From: a virus
Taxonomy: Duplodnaviria; Caudoviricetes
IMG/VR virus record: IMGVR_UViG_3300042894_003476
Coordinates: 1 to 28,388 of that record
Strand: one strand, 5' to 3'
Length of the DNA: 28,388 nt
Below, piece by piece: positions 17,530 through 27,202 of this stretch. Under the pieces are notes generated by a model. The model searched no databases. It was not told where the DNA came from and saw only the letters and a program-made list of their open reading frames with translations. The position numbers and the translations under genes are program-made. Each line of letters opens with the position of its first letter. Position 1 is the stretch's first letter.

Positions 17530-17696
17530 TTAGAAGCTCCTCGCTTTGATTGCTTGACTCGAACTAGACGCCCTTCAGAAACGAGGGCTTTCACTTCAGG
17601 ATCGCGTTCGCTGACCGTTACAACGTCCTTCGGGGCAGCGGTGCGACCATCTGGAAGGTCGATAGCGTGCGGGGAACGCACGCGAAACTTAGGCAT
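17526..17696 (-). CDS. small virion-associated protein (56 aa)
   Basis: Likely start MPKFRV at 17696. Overlaps both neighbours. Typical small pre-sheath gene. Confidence 0.55.
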   Translation of the reverse strand: MPKFRVRSPHAIDLPDGRTAAPKDVVTVSERDPEVKALVSEGRLVRVKQSKRGASK

Positions 17697-18360
17697 TATC
17701 CAAACTCCAATCAACGGGGCCAGTCGGTAGCGGGCCAGTCGGAAGCGGACCGGTTTCGCTAACCAAGTTGACTTCTGTCTCCTCAACAACCGGCCACTCA
17801 GGCGACGTTTCGCTTTCCGAAGCGTCCGGCGCGACCGGGCCAGCATTGGTGCTGATCACTCGATCAACGTCAACGGTGAACCCTTCAATCACGCACGCGA
17901 GCGAACGCGAGGTCTCAGAAGGAATATCGTCGTAGCTCTCGTCAACCCAACGCAGCCCCGAAGCGAAACCGTCTAAGGACGGGTGCTGAAGAAGGGCGGC
18001 GGCAAGGGCGGTGCCGTACAACCGGGCAAGCTGCCGAGTCGCGCCCTGCGTGTTGGCCGAAACCATCGCCGCAACCGACACCCCGTAGCGGGCGCGATAG
18101 AAACCTGTCCCCTCGTGATACGGCTCTTCCGCGAACCCAGGACACATAATGACAATTGCCGGGATCTGATCCTCCGGCCAGCGAGTCGGATCGTCAGCTT
18201 CGCTAACAAGCTGATAGCTGCGGGGAGAAGGAAGCGACCCCTGGGCGCGGTCGTGCTGACGCTCAACCTCACGAAGATACGTCGGCAACCAATCAACTAG
18301 CGCGTCCTTAACGGCGTTCTCAACAACGCCGCCGTGAACCAACGGACCAAAAAGCGTCAT
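17689..18360 (-). CDS. tail terminator/completion protein
   Basis: Position before the sheath. PAIVI motif and alpha/beta pattern. Confidence 0.6.
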   Translation of the reverse strand: MTLFGPLVHGGVVENAVKDALVDWLPTYLREVERQHDRAQGSLPSPRSYQLVSEADDPTRWPEDQIPAIVIMCPGFAEEPYHEGTGFYRARYGVSVAAMVSANTQGATRQLARLYGTALAAALLQHPSLDGFASGLRWVDESYDDIPSETSRSLACVIEGFTVDVDRVISTNAGPVAPDASESETSPEWPVVEETEVNLVSETGPLPTGPLPTGPVDWSLDNA

Positions 18361-18857
18361 ACGTCAGTAATCAGATAGTCGCGCATCTTCTCAGCAAGGA
18401 AAACGTGCGCGTTGGCATTGGCGCGAGCAAACGGGCGCGACTTAGAGACGTACCACGCATAACCCGCACCCCCACTTCGCTTACTGCTCGCCTGCCCGCT
18501 AGTTGTGTTGATCCCGTAACGAAGCATCGTCGGGGTCGTGCGAATCTTGGTCTGCGGGGGCTTTGGACTCACAAGAAGCGAACGCATACGACCCGAAGCT
18601 TCCAGCACGCGAGGACTAGTCGAATAGCGCTTCTCGCGGGCGTAGCGCTGACTCGTAGAGGCCTTGCGCGGTTTCCAAGCTGACCCCTGCGACGCGCCCT
18701 GCGAGGCAAACGCCGTCCGGAAATCATCAGCGAGCATCTTTACGACGTCGCGCTTGAAAAACTCCTGGGGATCCTCTAGGCGCTTGCGCATACGGTCAAT
18801 GACCGCAGCGGCCTCTTTCGCGCCCTTGACCGAAACGTGAATCGTGACGGGCGGCAC
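18357..18857 (-). CDS. neck/tail completion protein (Mu gpG/virion morphogenesis-like)
   Basis: F.SQG....WKP, L.ASGRMRS, SRPF. Basic. Confidence 0.7.
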   Translation of the reverse strand: MPPVTIHVSVKGAKEAAAVIDRMRKRLEDPQEFFKRDVVKMLADDFRTAFASQGASQGSAWKPRKASTSQRYAREKRYSTSPRVLEASGRMRSLLVSPKPPQTKIRTTPTMLRYGINTTSGQASSKRSGGAGYAWYVSKSRPFARANANAHVFLAEKMRDYLITDV

Positions 18858-19565
18858 TTAGTCGGCTACTTCCTCGATCGTTGACTTCATCTTTACGGAG
18901 ACCGGCCCATAACCGCGAACGCCGCCAGAATCAGCAAGCGACGCTTTAAACGCTTCCAGCGCGTCAACGAACATTTCGCGCAAGTGACCATACGGGCTGT
19001 TCTCGCGCTGAACCTGCTCCGGCCAATACGTCAGTTCGACCATCATCGCGGTACGCAAAGCAACCACGTATTGACCAAACGGAACTAGCCGCGACGGAAC
19101 ATCACCGTTAGCGACCGCAGCGACCATCGCCGCCGCCTGAGCGATCAGATCCTCAACCTCCGAGTCAGTCGGGCGAGTATCCGAGTTGAAGTCCCCAACC
19201 TCGTTGCCGGAATCGTCTTTAGTCCGGGCGCGAAGAAGCGAAGCGACGTCCTCAACCGGACACTCCAAGAAAGTAGGTGCGGGATCCGGGACGCTGTAGG
19301 TAACAACGAGTTCTTCGGTCGCGTACTCCGGCGTCGCCCCGCCCGAATCCCAAACAATCAGATATTGACCTTCGAGAGCGGGAGCCGTCAAAACCGCCGT
19401 GTAAATCCCGGACCCCGCCGGAGACTCAACAACGCTAGTCGTGCGGCGAGTAATCGTAGTGCCGCCCGTACCGTCCATCACCCTGACCCCAATCGTGCCA
19501 ACTAGGCCACTAGGGAAATTGCTTGCGGTCGTCTCAAAACTGACCGAAGGCGCAGAGTTCGGCAT
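18858..19565 (-). CDS. head-tail adaptor with N-terminal beta-rich (Ig-like) extension
   Basis: Likely start MPNSAP at 19565. VEDVASLLRART..TRPT..EVEDLIAQA adaptor-like core. Confidence 0.65.
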   Translation of the reverse strand: MPNSAPSVSFETTASNFPSGLVGTIGVRVMDGTGGTTITRRTTSVVESPAGSGIYTAVLTAPALEGQYLIVWDSGGATPEYATEELVVTYSVPDPAPTFLECPVEDVASLLRARTKDDSGNEVGDFNSDTRPTDSEVEDLIAQAAAMVAAVANGDVPSRLVPFGQYVVALRTAMMVELTYWPEQVQRENSPYGHLREMFVDALEAFKASLADSGGVRGYGPVSVKMKSTIEEVAD

Positions 19566-20611
19566 CAGGTCTCCAAATCCACCCGGCAGGCATCGCGATA
19601 CCAACCCAGGTTCTTTCGTAAACGATCATCAGTAGGGGCCAACTCAACGGCGTCTATGCCGTGACGAAGAGCCTCCGCGAAAAGCCCCAGGTTGTAAGCA
19701 GCGAGGGCGGCTAGGTCGTGCGGAAAGTAGCCCCACGCTCGCGGCTCCGTGAAGTACGTAAGGTCACGCTCCGTAATGGAAAGGGCTTTCAAAGCGGCGA
19801 AGTAGCAGCCCGCCCAATCCTCACGCTTGTAGTAAACGTCCGCGAGATCAACCCACCCCTCGCGACGCTCCGGGATCTCCGCACAAGCTCGCAAAACCCA
19901 ACCTTCGGCTTCTTCGGGCTGCGCCTGGGCTAGATAGCGCATAGAAGCGGCTCGCTCAGGCTTCCAAGTTTCAAGTTCAAGCTGCCGGAGCAAGTGCGGG
20001 ACCGCTTCCGCCCAACGGCTCTCATAGGCGTACTCGCGACCCAAATAGAAGCGGTATCGACTGTTGTCCGGCTCGCGTTCAACTGCCGCTTCAAGCATCG
20101 GGAGATACTGCGCCCGCGACTTAGAGCGGTCCGGCTTGTGAGCCATAACCAAGTCACAAGGCGCTTGAATCTCAGGGGAAGCGTCCTCTTGCCGGGTTAG
20201 GTACTCGTGAATCGAACCGCGCCACTCGTACCCGCCGTCATTGAGTCCGATTGCGTGACCGGCGTACTCGTAACCCGGAGCAAATATGTACCGGTAGCGC
20301 GGCCTAGTAACGCCTTCCGGGAGAGCTTCTAGGGCTTTGCGCCAGCCGGGGTGAAGAACCTCGTCCAGATCAACGTTAACCGCCCACGCACCATCAGGGA
20401 CAAGCGCCAACGCCTCGTTTCGGGCTTTATCGAACGCCCAGGGATTAACGACCGTTTCGTGAACCTCAATTCCCAAAGACCGGGCAAGCTCTACGGTCGC
20501 GTCGTCGCTTCCCGTATCGAGAATGACGCGCTTATCAGCGTCGCGGCTTGCCTGCTCCCAACGCTCTACGTGCTTTGCTTCGTTCTTGGCAATCCCGTAG
20601 ACACAAATCAA
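19565..20611 (-). CDS. GT2-like glycosyltransferase with TPR repeats
   Basis: IAKNE, LDTGSDDAT, FDKARN.AL, DLDE (DXD), W.G.IHE, R..FYLGREY TPRs. Confidence 0.9.
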   Translation of the reverse strand: MICVYGIAKNEAKHVERWEQASRDADKRVILDTGSDDATVELARSLGIEVHETVVNPWAFDKARNEALALVPDGAWAVNVDLDEVLHPGWRKALEALPEGVTRPRYRYIFAPGYEYAGHAIGLNDGGYEWRGSIHEYLTRQEDASPEIQAPCDLVMAHKPDRSKSRAQYLPMLEAAVEREPDNSRYRFYLGREYAYESRWAEAVPHLLRQLELETWKPERAASMRYLAQAQPEEAEGWVLRACAEIPERREGWVDLADVYYKREDWAGCYFAALKALSITERDLTYFTEPRAWGYFPHDLAALAAYNLGLFAEALRHGIDAVELAPTDDRLRKNLGWYRDACRVDLET

Positions 20612-20660
20612 CTAAGCCCGCCTACTGGCTGACCGGGAAGCGCCGCTAGGTGAAAGCGCA

Positions 20661-21296
20661 TTAGCCAACACGCACGGGGCGTACTACAAAAGCCGGATAA
20701 CGATACGCGGCGTTTGCTGTGACCGCTTTCCATTCCGGCGTCAGCGTGACGGCGGAAAGCCCCGTCTTAATTTGCGTTCGCGTTATCCAAAGCGAGGGTG
20801 CGTTAGAAGCCCCTAGTGATTCCGTAAACATCGCGTCCGTATCGCTGCTAGCCGCAGAGCCAATTTTGAAACTCATATACGCAACACCTGACGATGCGGT
20901 GTTTCGTGAATAGGTATTCATAGTGATTTGGTAATCACCAGCGAGCGGCAGCGTGATCGCGGCGCAAGCACCCGTGATTGTTCCGTAGCCCCCACCTGCT
21001 GTGCGCGTTGAGTCATTCGCGGTTCCCTGAGTCATTAGCGGCGACCCGCCGACGAACTCCCACTTGTAAGACGAGCTAGACCCACTTCGATACCGCAAGT
21101 GCCAGATCACGCCATCAGTCGCATTGGCCGCGTAGTAAATTTCCTGCCCGTCAATAGGGCTTGACGGCAGAGACGTTTCATACGTCGGACCCTTAGCTAA
21201 CGTCGGGTTCGGGTACGTCCCGGTAAGGTCGCCACCAGCCGTACCGCTGATCTTTTGTAGCTCCTGGCCGGCGCTGTCGTAAACCTGAAAGCCCAT
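20661..21296 (-). CDS. fibre-associated beta-rich protein (paralog 2)
   Basis: AGGDLTGTYPNPTL fibre motif. Shares a ~50-aa block with 21296..21853. Confidence 0.65.
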   Translation of the reverse strand: MGFQVYDSAGQELQKISGTAGGDLTGTYPNPTLAKGPTYETSLPSSPIDGQEIYYAANATDGVIWHLRYRSGSSSSYKWEFVGGSPLMTQGTANDSTRTAGGGYGTITGACAAITLPLAGDYQITMNTYSRNTASSGVAYMSFKIGSAASSDTDAMFTESLGASNAPSLWITRTQIKTGLSAVTLTPEWKAVTANAAYRYPAFVVRPVRVG

Positions 21297-21853
21297 TAGC
21301 CGACGCGAATAGGGGTTACTTGAAATCGCCTAAAGGCGACGCTGGCAGTCCCGCTCGTACATCTATATTGAATCTTGACAACTGTGTTCGCAGATATTCC
21401 AGTCTTTACGCTTTGTCCACCTGCGGCAATTGTCCCGACATTACTTTGGGCTAGCCTGTCATTATCACTTGTTGCGGCGCTTCCAATTTTAGGAGCAATA
21501 ATGGTCGCCTGAGACCCCGCATCTGTATTTACAGTCAAACGCAAAACGTAATCTCCAGCAAGAGGAACAGTTACGCTTGGGCCAACGGTCGCAAGATCAA
21601 CAAAGGTTGTGCTGTTACAGGTTTCGTTAGTGGCAATTTCGTGCCAAAGTGGGGAGCCGCCGATAAACTCCCACTTGTAGCTAGACGACGAAGACGAGCG
21701 GTAACGCAAGTGCCAAATTACGCCGTTGGTCGCGTCAGCGGCGTAATAAACCTCCGTACCATCAGCAGGGGTAGAGGGCAGCGACGTAACGTATGAAGGC
21801 AGCCCAGGCTTAGTGATTAGCGCCCCGGCGCTGTCAAACGTCTGCCAAGTCAT
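21296..21853 (-). CDS. fibre-associated beta-rich protein (paralog 1)
   Basis: SLPS.P.DG.E.YYAA..T.GVIWHLRYRS.SSSSYKWEF.GGSPL block. Beta-sandwich-like C-terminus. Confidence 0.65.
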   Translation of the reverse strand: MTWQTFDSAGALITKPGLPSYVTSLPSTPADGTEVYYAADATNGVIWHLRYRSSSSSSYKWEFIGGSPLWHEIATNETCNSTTFVDLATVGPSVTVPLAGDYVLRLTVNTDAGSQATIIAPKIGSAATSDNDRLAQSNVGTIAAGGQSVKTGISANTVVKIQYRCTSGTASVAFRRFQVTPIRVG

Positions 21854-22176
21854 TAGGTGATCTCAACCCCGGAGACCGTGATCGTCAGCTTCGACGCAAC
21901 CTCACCCTGACTGCTCAACGTCTCGTTATTGCTCATAACGATAGACCCGTTGAACTCAGCCCAGCCACCCGCAGGAATCGTTGTCTGCGGGAGAATGAGA
22001 TTGCTGTCAGCAGTCCCGGCCTGCCAGAGCTTCACCCACCTAGCCGACGTATCCGTGTTCACGATACGAATGCTCTTAACAATCGTCGAGTTGCCCGCAG
22101 TCGCGGGCGAAGTGTAAAGCGTCCCGGCCGACGAACCAGCCTGCGCCTGAGCTAATTTCTTGAAAGTTTCAGCCAT
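21853..22176 (-). CDS. small beta-sandwich virion protein (107 aa)
   Basis: TLYTSP..TIVKSIRIVN...SGVEIT. Starts 3 nt after the collagen stop. Confidence 0.65.
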   Translation of the reverse strand: MAETFKKLAQAQAGSSAGTLYTSPATAGNSTIVKSIRIVNTDTSARWVKLWQAGTADSNLILPQTTIPAGGWAEFNGSIVMSNNETLSSQGEVASKLTITVSGVEIT

Positions 22177-22179
22177 AAC

Positions 22180-23775
<1,596 letters not shown>

Positions 23776-23819
23776 CTGACAACCTCAACGGAGAGCGGGG
23801 ACGAAGAAGAACTGCGAAG

Positions 23820-23886
23820 GCGACGGCGGGGAATCGAACCCCGCCAAACCCGGAGTCCCAACAAGGGGACTCGTCCAGGGCGTCGC
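23820..23886 (-). ncRNA. tRNA-like structured element (no D-stem, no canonical anticodon loop, no CCA)
   Basis: GCGACG/CGTCGC acceptor-like stem, GCGGGG-TTCGATT-CCCCGC T-arm, central GAGTCCC/GGGACTC hairpin. Confidence 0.55.
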
Positions 23887-23895
23887 TGAACCTGC

Positions 23896-24813
23896 CTACG
23901 AAGCGTTCGTGATCTTGCTGAACGCGCCGTTGAGATCGTGGACGGCGAAACCGACCCTCATCTCCCAAAGGACCGCAAGCTGATTGGTCTGCCAGAGGTT
24001 CACCGGAGTACCGCCAACGCTGACGGTCGCCTGATCGCTCGTCTTGACCGTAATATCGCTACGAATAGCGATCACGGCCTGAGACCAATCACCAACAACA
24101 CCGGCAACCTTGCCAGCGCCAGCCGGGAACCCGTCCAGGTTAGACGAGTAATTAATCGGCAGGCCGTACAGGGTGTCCGGCTCGCGATTAAACCCAGCGG
24201 TGTAAACCGGGACGGTCGTCTCAACCGTGTTCCGGGCGTCGCGCAGGTGAGCGCGAACGTCCGAAGCGGCGACAACCGCGTTCGGGGAGTAGCCCGAACC
24301 CTCTACGTCCTCCATCGCGTCAGAGACGGCCTTAGCAAAAGCATCGCCAGTCGTGCCGATCTCCGCGCTTTGAGTCGTATCGGTGATCTCGTCGTCAAAG
24401 TTGCCGGTGATCGCCGTACCGTTGGCGTATCCGAGCATATGAGCGTCGAGCTTGTCAGCAAAAGCGCCAACAACGTCGGGGGTAACGAGACGACGAGGGT
24501 CGTCCTGAGCGTCCTCTAGAAGCTCCTGCGTGTAGAGAACAATCGCGGCCAGCTTCTTGACGTTAATCGTCAGGGAGCCAAACTCCGCGCCGGTAACGGG
24601 CTTCTCTGCCGCTTCATCGACAAAATCGACTTCGGGGCGGCCAGAGTAGACCGAGTAAACACGCTGATTTGAGCCGATCCGCTCAACACGCGCCAGAGAC
24701 GCGACGGCGGACTCACGACGAAGACCGTCAATGAGGGTTGCCCCGTACTCTTCCGGTACGAGGATTCCGCCTGCGGCATCGGTCCCTTCAGCGAAGGGGA
24801 TCTGATTAGCCAT
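23896..24813 (-). CDS. major capsid protein (HK97 fold)
   Basis: GGILVPEE, FVDEAAEKP, KKLAAIV...ELLED, LYGLP, GDWS. SD AAGGAG. Confidence 0.92.
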   Translation of the reverse strand: MANQIPFAEGTDAAGGILVPEEYGATLIDGLRRESAVASLARVERIGSNQRVYSVYSGRPEVDFVDEAAEKPVTGAEFGSLTINVKKLAAIVLYTQELLEDAQDDPRRLVTPDVVGAFADKLDAHMLGYANGTAITGNFDDEITDTTQSAEIGTTGDAFAKAVSDAMEDVEGSGYSPNAVVAASDVRAHLRDARNTVETTVPVYTAGFNREPDTLYGLPINYSSNLDGFPAGAGKVAGVVGDWSQAVIAIRSDITVKTSDQATVSVGGTPVNLWQTNQLAVLWEMRVGFAVHDLNGAFSKITNAS

Positions 24814-24847
24814 AGGTAATATCTGCTCCTTAGCAGTTTTCGGTTAA

Positions 24848-25582
24848 CTAAATTGAGCGCTTTTGCGCTCGTAGCCGCCGTTCCCGGCGTTTGTTCAGCC
24901 GCTCTTTCCTACTGAGAGAACGTGGACCCGGTTCTTCGATTCCCGCCCGGTCACGGGTCGCGTAATACGCGAGAGCAGCGTCAGCCCGACCCTGGGGCCG
25001 GTCCTTTTGACGATGTTCAACGATGATCTTCTGACTCAGGTCAGCTTTAGGCATTCCGTGTAGCGGGTGCCAAAGCCAACGCCCGTCGCGAAGTTTCCAA
25101 TGGTGGTGCGCCGGACCAACCTCAATGCCCCTGTAGGGGCGAAATAGCAGCGGGTGAAGGCTGATACCCGTCGTATTGTCCAGCGTGACGCACGCGACGC
25201 TTTCGCGAACGTCCTTCAGGGCTTCTCTCGCGCCCAGGTGGTCGGTGATAACAAAGTCACCGTCCAGAATGAAAAACCAATCCCCAGCCTTGTTCGACGC
25301 GAGTCTTTCGCCGTAGCGAAACATCTTCTCTCGCTTCTCAACCTCCCCACCAACCCAAACGGTTTCCGGAACGTAAAGGTTGAGTTCAATCCCAATTTCC
25401 TGACAGACGTCGCGAATAACGTCGTGACTGCGCTCACCGCTAGAGGGCTTGCCGCCGGGATAAAGCTTGTAGGCACCATCGACCGCCACGAGCGCGTCAG
25501 CGAACCCCTGAAGACTGCCGATCGACTCCCTGAGCATTTCGTCTGTCTCGTCGTAAAACGAGAGCAAGGCGACAATCCTCAT
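24848..25582 (-). CDS. GT-A fold glycosyltransferase-like protein
   Basis: FYDE..ML..SI.SL...D.LVAVDG, EVEKR, DWFFILDGD (DXD). Confidence 0.75.
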   Translation of the reverse strand: MRIVALLSFYDETDEMLRESIGSLQGFADALVAVDGAYKLYPGGKPSSGERSHDVIRDVCQEIGIELNLYVPETVWVGGEVEKREKMFRYGERLASNKAGDWFFILDGDFVITDHLGAREALKDVRESVACVTLDNTTGISLHPLLFRPYRGIEVGPAHHHWKLRDGRWLWHPLHGMPKADLSQKIIVEHRQKDRPQGRADAALAYYATRDRAGIEEPGPRSLSRKERLNKRRERRLRAQKRSI

Positions 25583-26571
25583 AGCGAAACGACTTGTGAA
25601 CCCGAATCAAGTTCGCGATACCAAGCAACATCACTCGGCACAACTCGCGGCCCGCTCATAGGCTCCCCACGAGCCGCCTCAACTAGCACCGCAGGAAGAT
25701 TTACGCCGGTACTCGCAAAGTGATAACTCGTGGTCCCAAACCGGCCAGCGTTGATCTCCGTTAGCTTCGGAACGCCGTTGCGGTCCTCGCGCAAATCGAA
25801 CATCAGAACGCCGTTAGCGCTCCCAGGCAAAGCCTCAACAACCCGGTAAACAACGTTGCGAACATCGAGCCGGTCAACCGTTACCTGAAGATTCGCAGTC
25901 GAAGCGACCCTCGCCGGGTTACGAGAAGCGCCGTGAAGCCGCAAACGCTCCTTCATTCCAAACGCGAGCAGTTTCCCGTCGCGCCAAACGCCCGTATAGG
26001 ACAAGTCCTTACCGGGCAGGCGCTCGCTGATAACCCACTCCTCCGGCTCAATTCCGAACCGGTCTCGATGGTGGTCAATCCACGCCTGAGCGATCCCAGC
26101 ATCAGAAACGGGAAGAGCGCCAGAGGAACCCGCCCCTGACCGCAACCGAAGCCAACAATCGCCGCCCAACTCGTCTATGACCTCACCAATCGGCTGATCT
26201 TCCGAGACAAGCCTTGTCTCCGGCGCGTCAGTCCCAGCAACAATCGCGGTTCGATACTTGTCCTGCGCCACAAACAACGCCGCCCGATCCGGGAGCATTG
26301 TCGGCGCGTTCAACTCGTGCGCGTGACGGGAGAGGTACTGAACCTCCGGGTCGGGCTGCGCGTGAACAAACCCAACGTCGTACCGGTCGATCAGATCATT
26401 CAAGACCTCAACCGGACGATCCGGGTCCACAAGCTCGCGAAACCTACCCCTAGCTACCTGAATAGCTACCGGGTCAACGTCAACCGCAACGGTTTCGTGA
26501 CCCATTTCGTAGATCGCTCGCGTGAAGTTGATCCCAGCCGGTCCCCCAGCGCCCAGGACAAGAACGCGCAC
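25579..26571 (-). CDS. ATP-grasp ligase (carbamoyl-phosphate-synthase-like family)
   Basis: VLVLGAGG pre-grasp domain, DKY, GAGSSG loop, SERLPG, FDLRED, TEINAGRF (ExN). Confidence 0.85.
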   Translation of the reverse strand: MRVLVLGAGGPAGINFTRAIYEMGHETVAVDVDPVAIQVARGRFRELVDPDRPVEVLNDLIDRYDVGFVHAQPDPEVQYLSRHAHELNAPTMLPDRAALFVAQDKYRTAIVAGTDAPETRLVSEDQPIGEVIDELGGDCWLRLRSGAGSSGALPVSDAGIAQAWIDHHRDRFGIEPEEWVISERLPGKDLSYTGVWRDGKLLAFGMKERLRLHGASRNPARVASTANLQVTVDRLDVRNVVYRVVEALPGSANGVLMFDLREDRNGVPKLTEINAGRFGTTSYHFASTGVNLPAVLVEAARGEPMSGPRVVPSDVAWYRELDSGSQVVSL

Positions 26572-27143
26572 TACTTACGGGCGGCTTTGAGAATCTTCGC
26601 TCCAAGCTCGGCGGCGGGATCCAGCGACTCGTTCGGAGCAGTCGCCCTAACGCCCTGATCCGCCGGTTGCGGAGTCCGCGAACCGAACAGGTGCGGCTTG
26701 CTCTCCACAAGCGCTTTCACTCGCTCGTCTGCGTCCTCAACCTTCCCGGTCTCCGGGTCGATCGTGAAAGTCTCAGACGCAAGAAGCGCAACAACGTCGT
26801 CGGGGTCAATTGCCCCCTGACGAGACGCCTCCGCAACCAGAGCGCTTCTGATCGCCTGCTGATCAGCACGCTTCGCGATCTCCTCGCGCTCACGCTCGGC
26901 CTTTTCGGCGCGCTCAATCAGCTTTTCAAGCTCTGTTTTCTGCTCGGCCTGAAGTTCATCGAACTGCTCGGCCTTCGCTTTCATTTCATCAAAAGCGGAA
27001 AGCTTCTGCTCTACTTCCTTACGGTCACGAGCGAGCCTCTGCGCCACAACCCGATCGACCTCTTCCTGAGTCATATAGACCTTCGACTCCGGGGCCGTCT
27101 CCTCGCTGACGGCTTCCTGAACCTGCTCCGTATTCTCTTCCAT
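26571..27143 (-). CDS. capsid scaffolding protein
   Basis: Likely start MEENTEQ at 27143. TQEEVDRVV..RL.R, KTELEK, KPHLF. Confidence 0.85.
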   Translation of the reverse strand: MEENTEQVQEAVSEETAPESKVYMTQEEVDRVVAQRLARDRKEVEQKLSAFDEMKAKAEQFDELQAEQKTELEKLIERAEKAEREREEIAKRADQQAIRSALVAEASRQGAIDPDDVVALLASETFTIDPETGKVEDADERVKALVESKPHLFGSRTPQPADQGVRATAPNESLDPAAELGAKILKAARK

Positions 27144-27202
27144 ACGTACCCTTTCCACCCCAGGGGGCGTGATAACCGCTCGTTAAACGCCGAACGTTTG
27201 CG

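Noticed and set aside
20661-21853. DGR template/variable repeat pair
   Set aside because: Differences are spread over synonymous positions rather than adenine-specific, both copies are coding, and there is no reverse transcriptase in the window.
23820-23886. Canonical tRNA gene or tRNA-derived att site
   Set aside because: No D-stem, a 6-nt central loop and no CCA. It sits mid-late-operon with no integrase nearby.
23776-23898. Stop read-through fusing MCP to the in-frame collagen gene
   Set aside because: The frames match, but a second in-frame stop (TGA) lies four codons before the collagen TTG.
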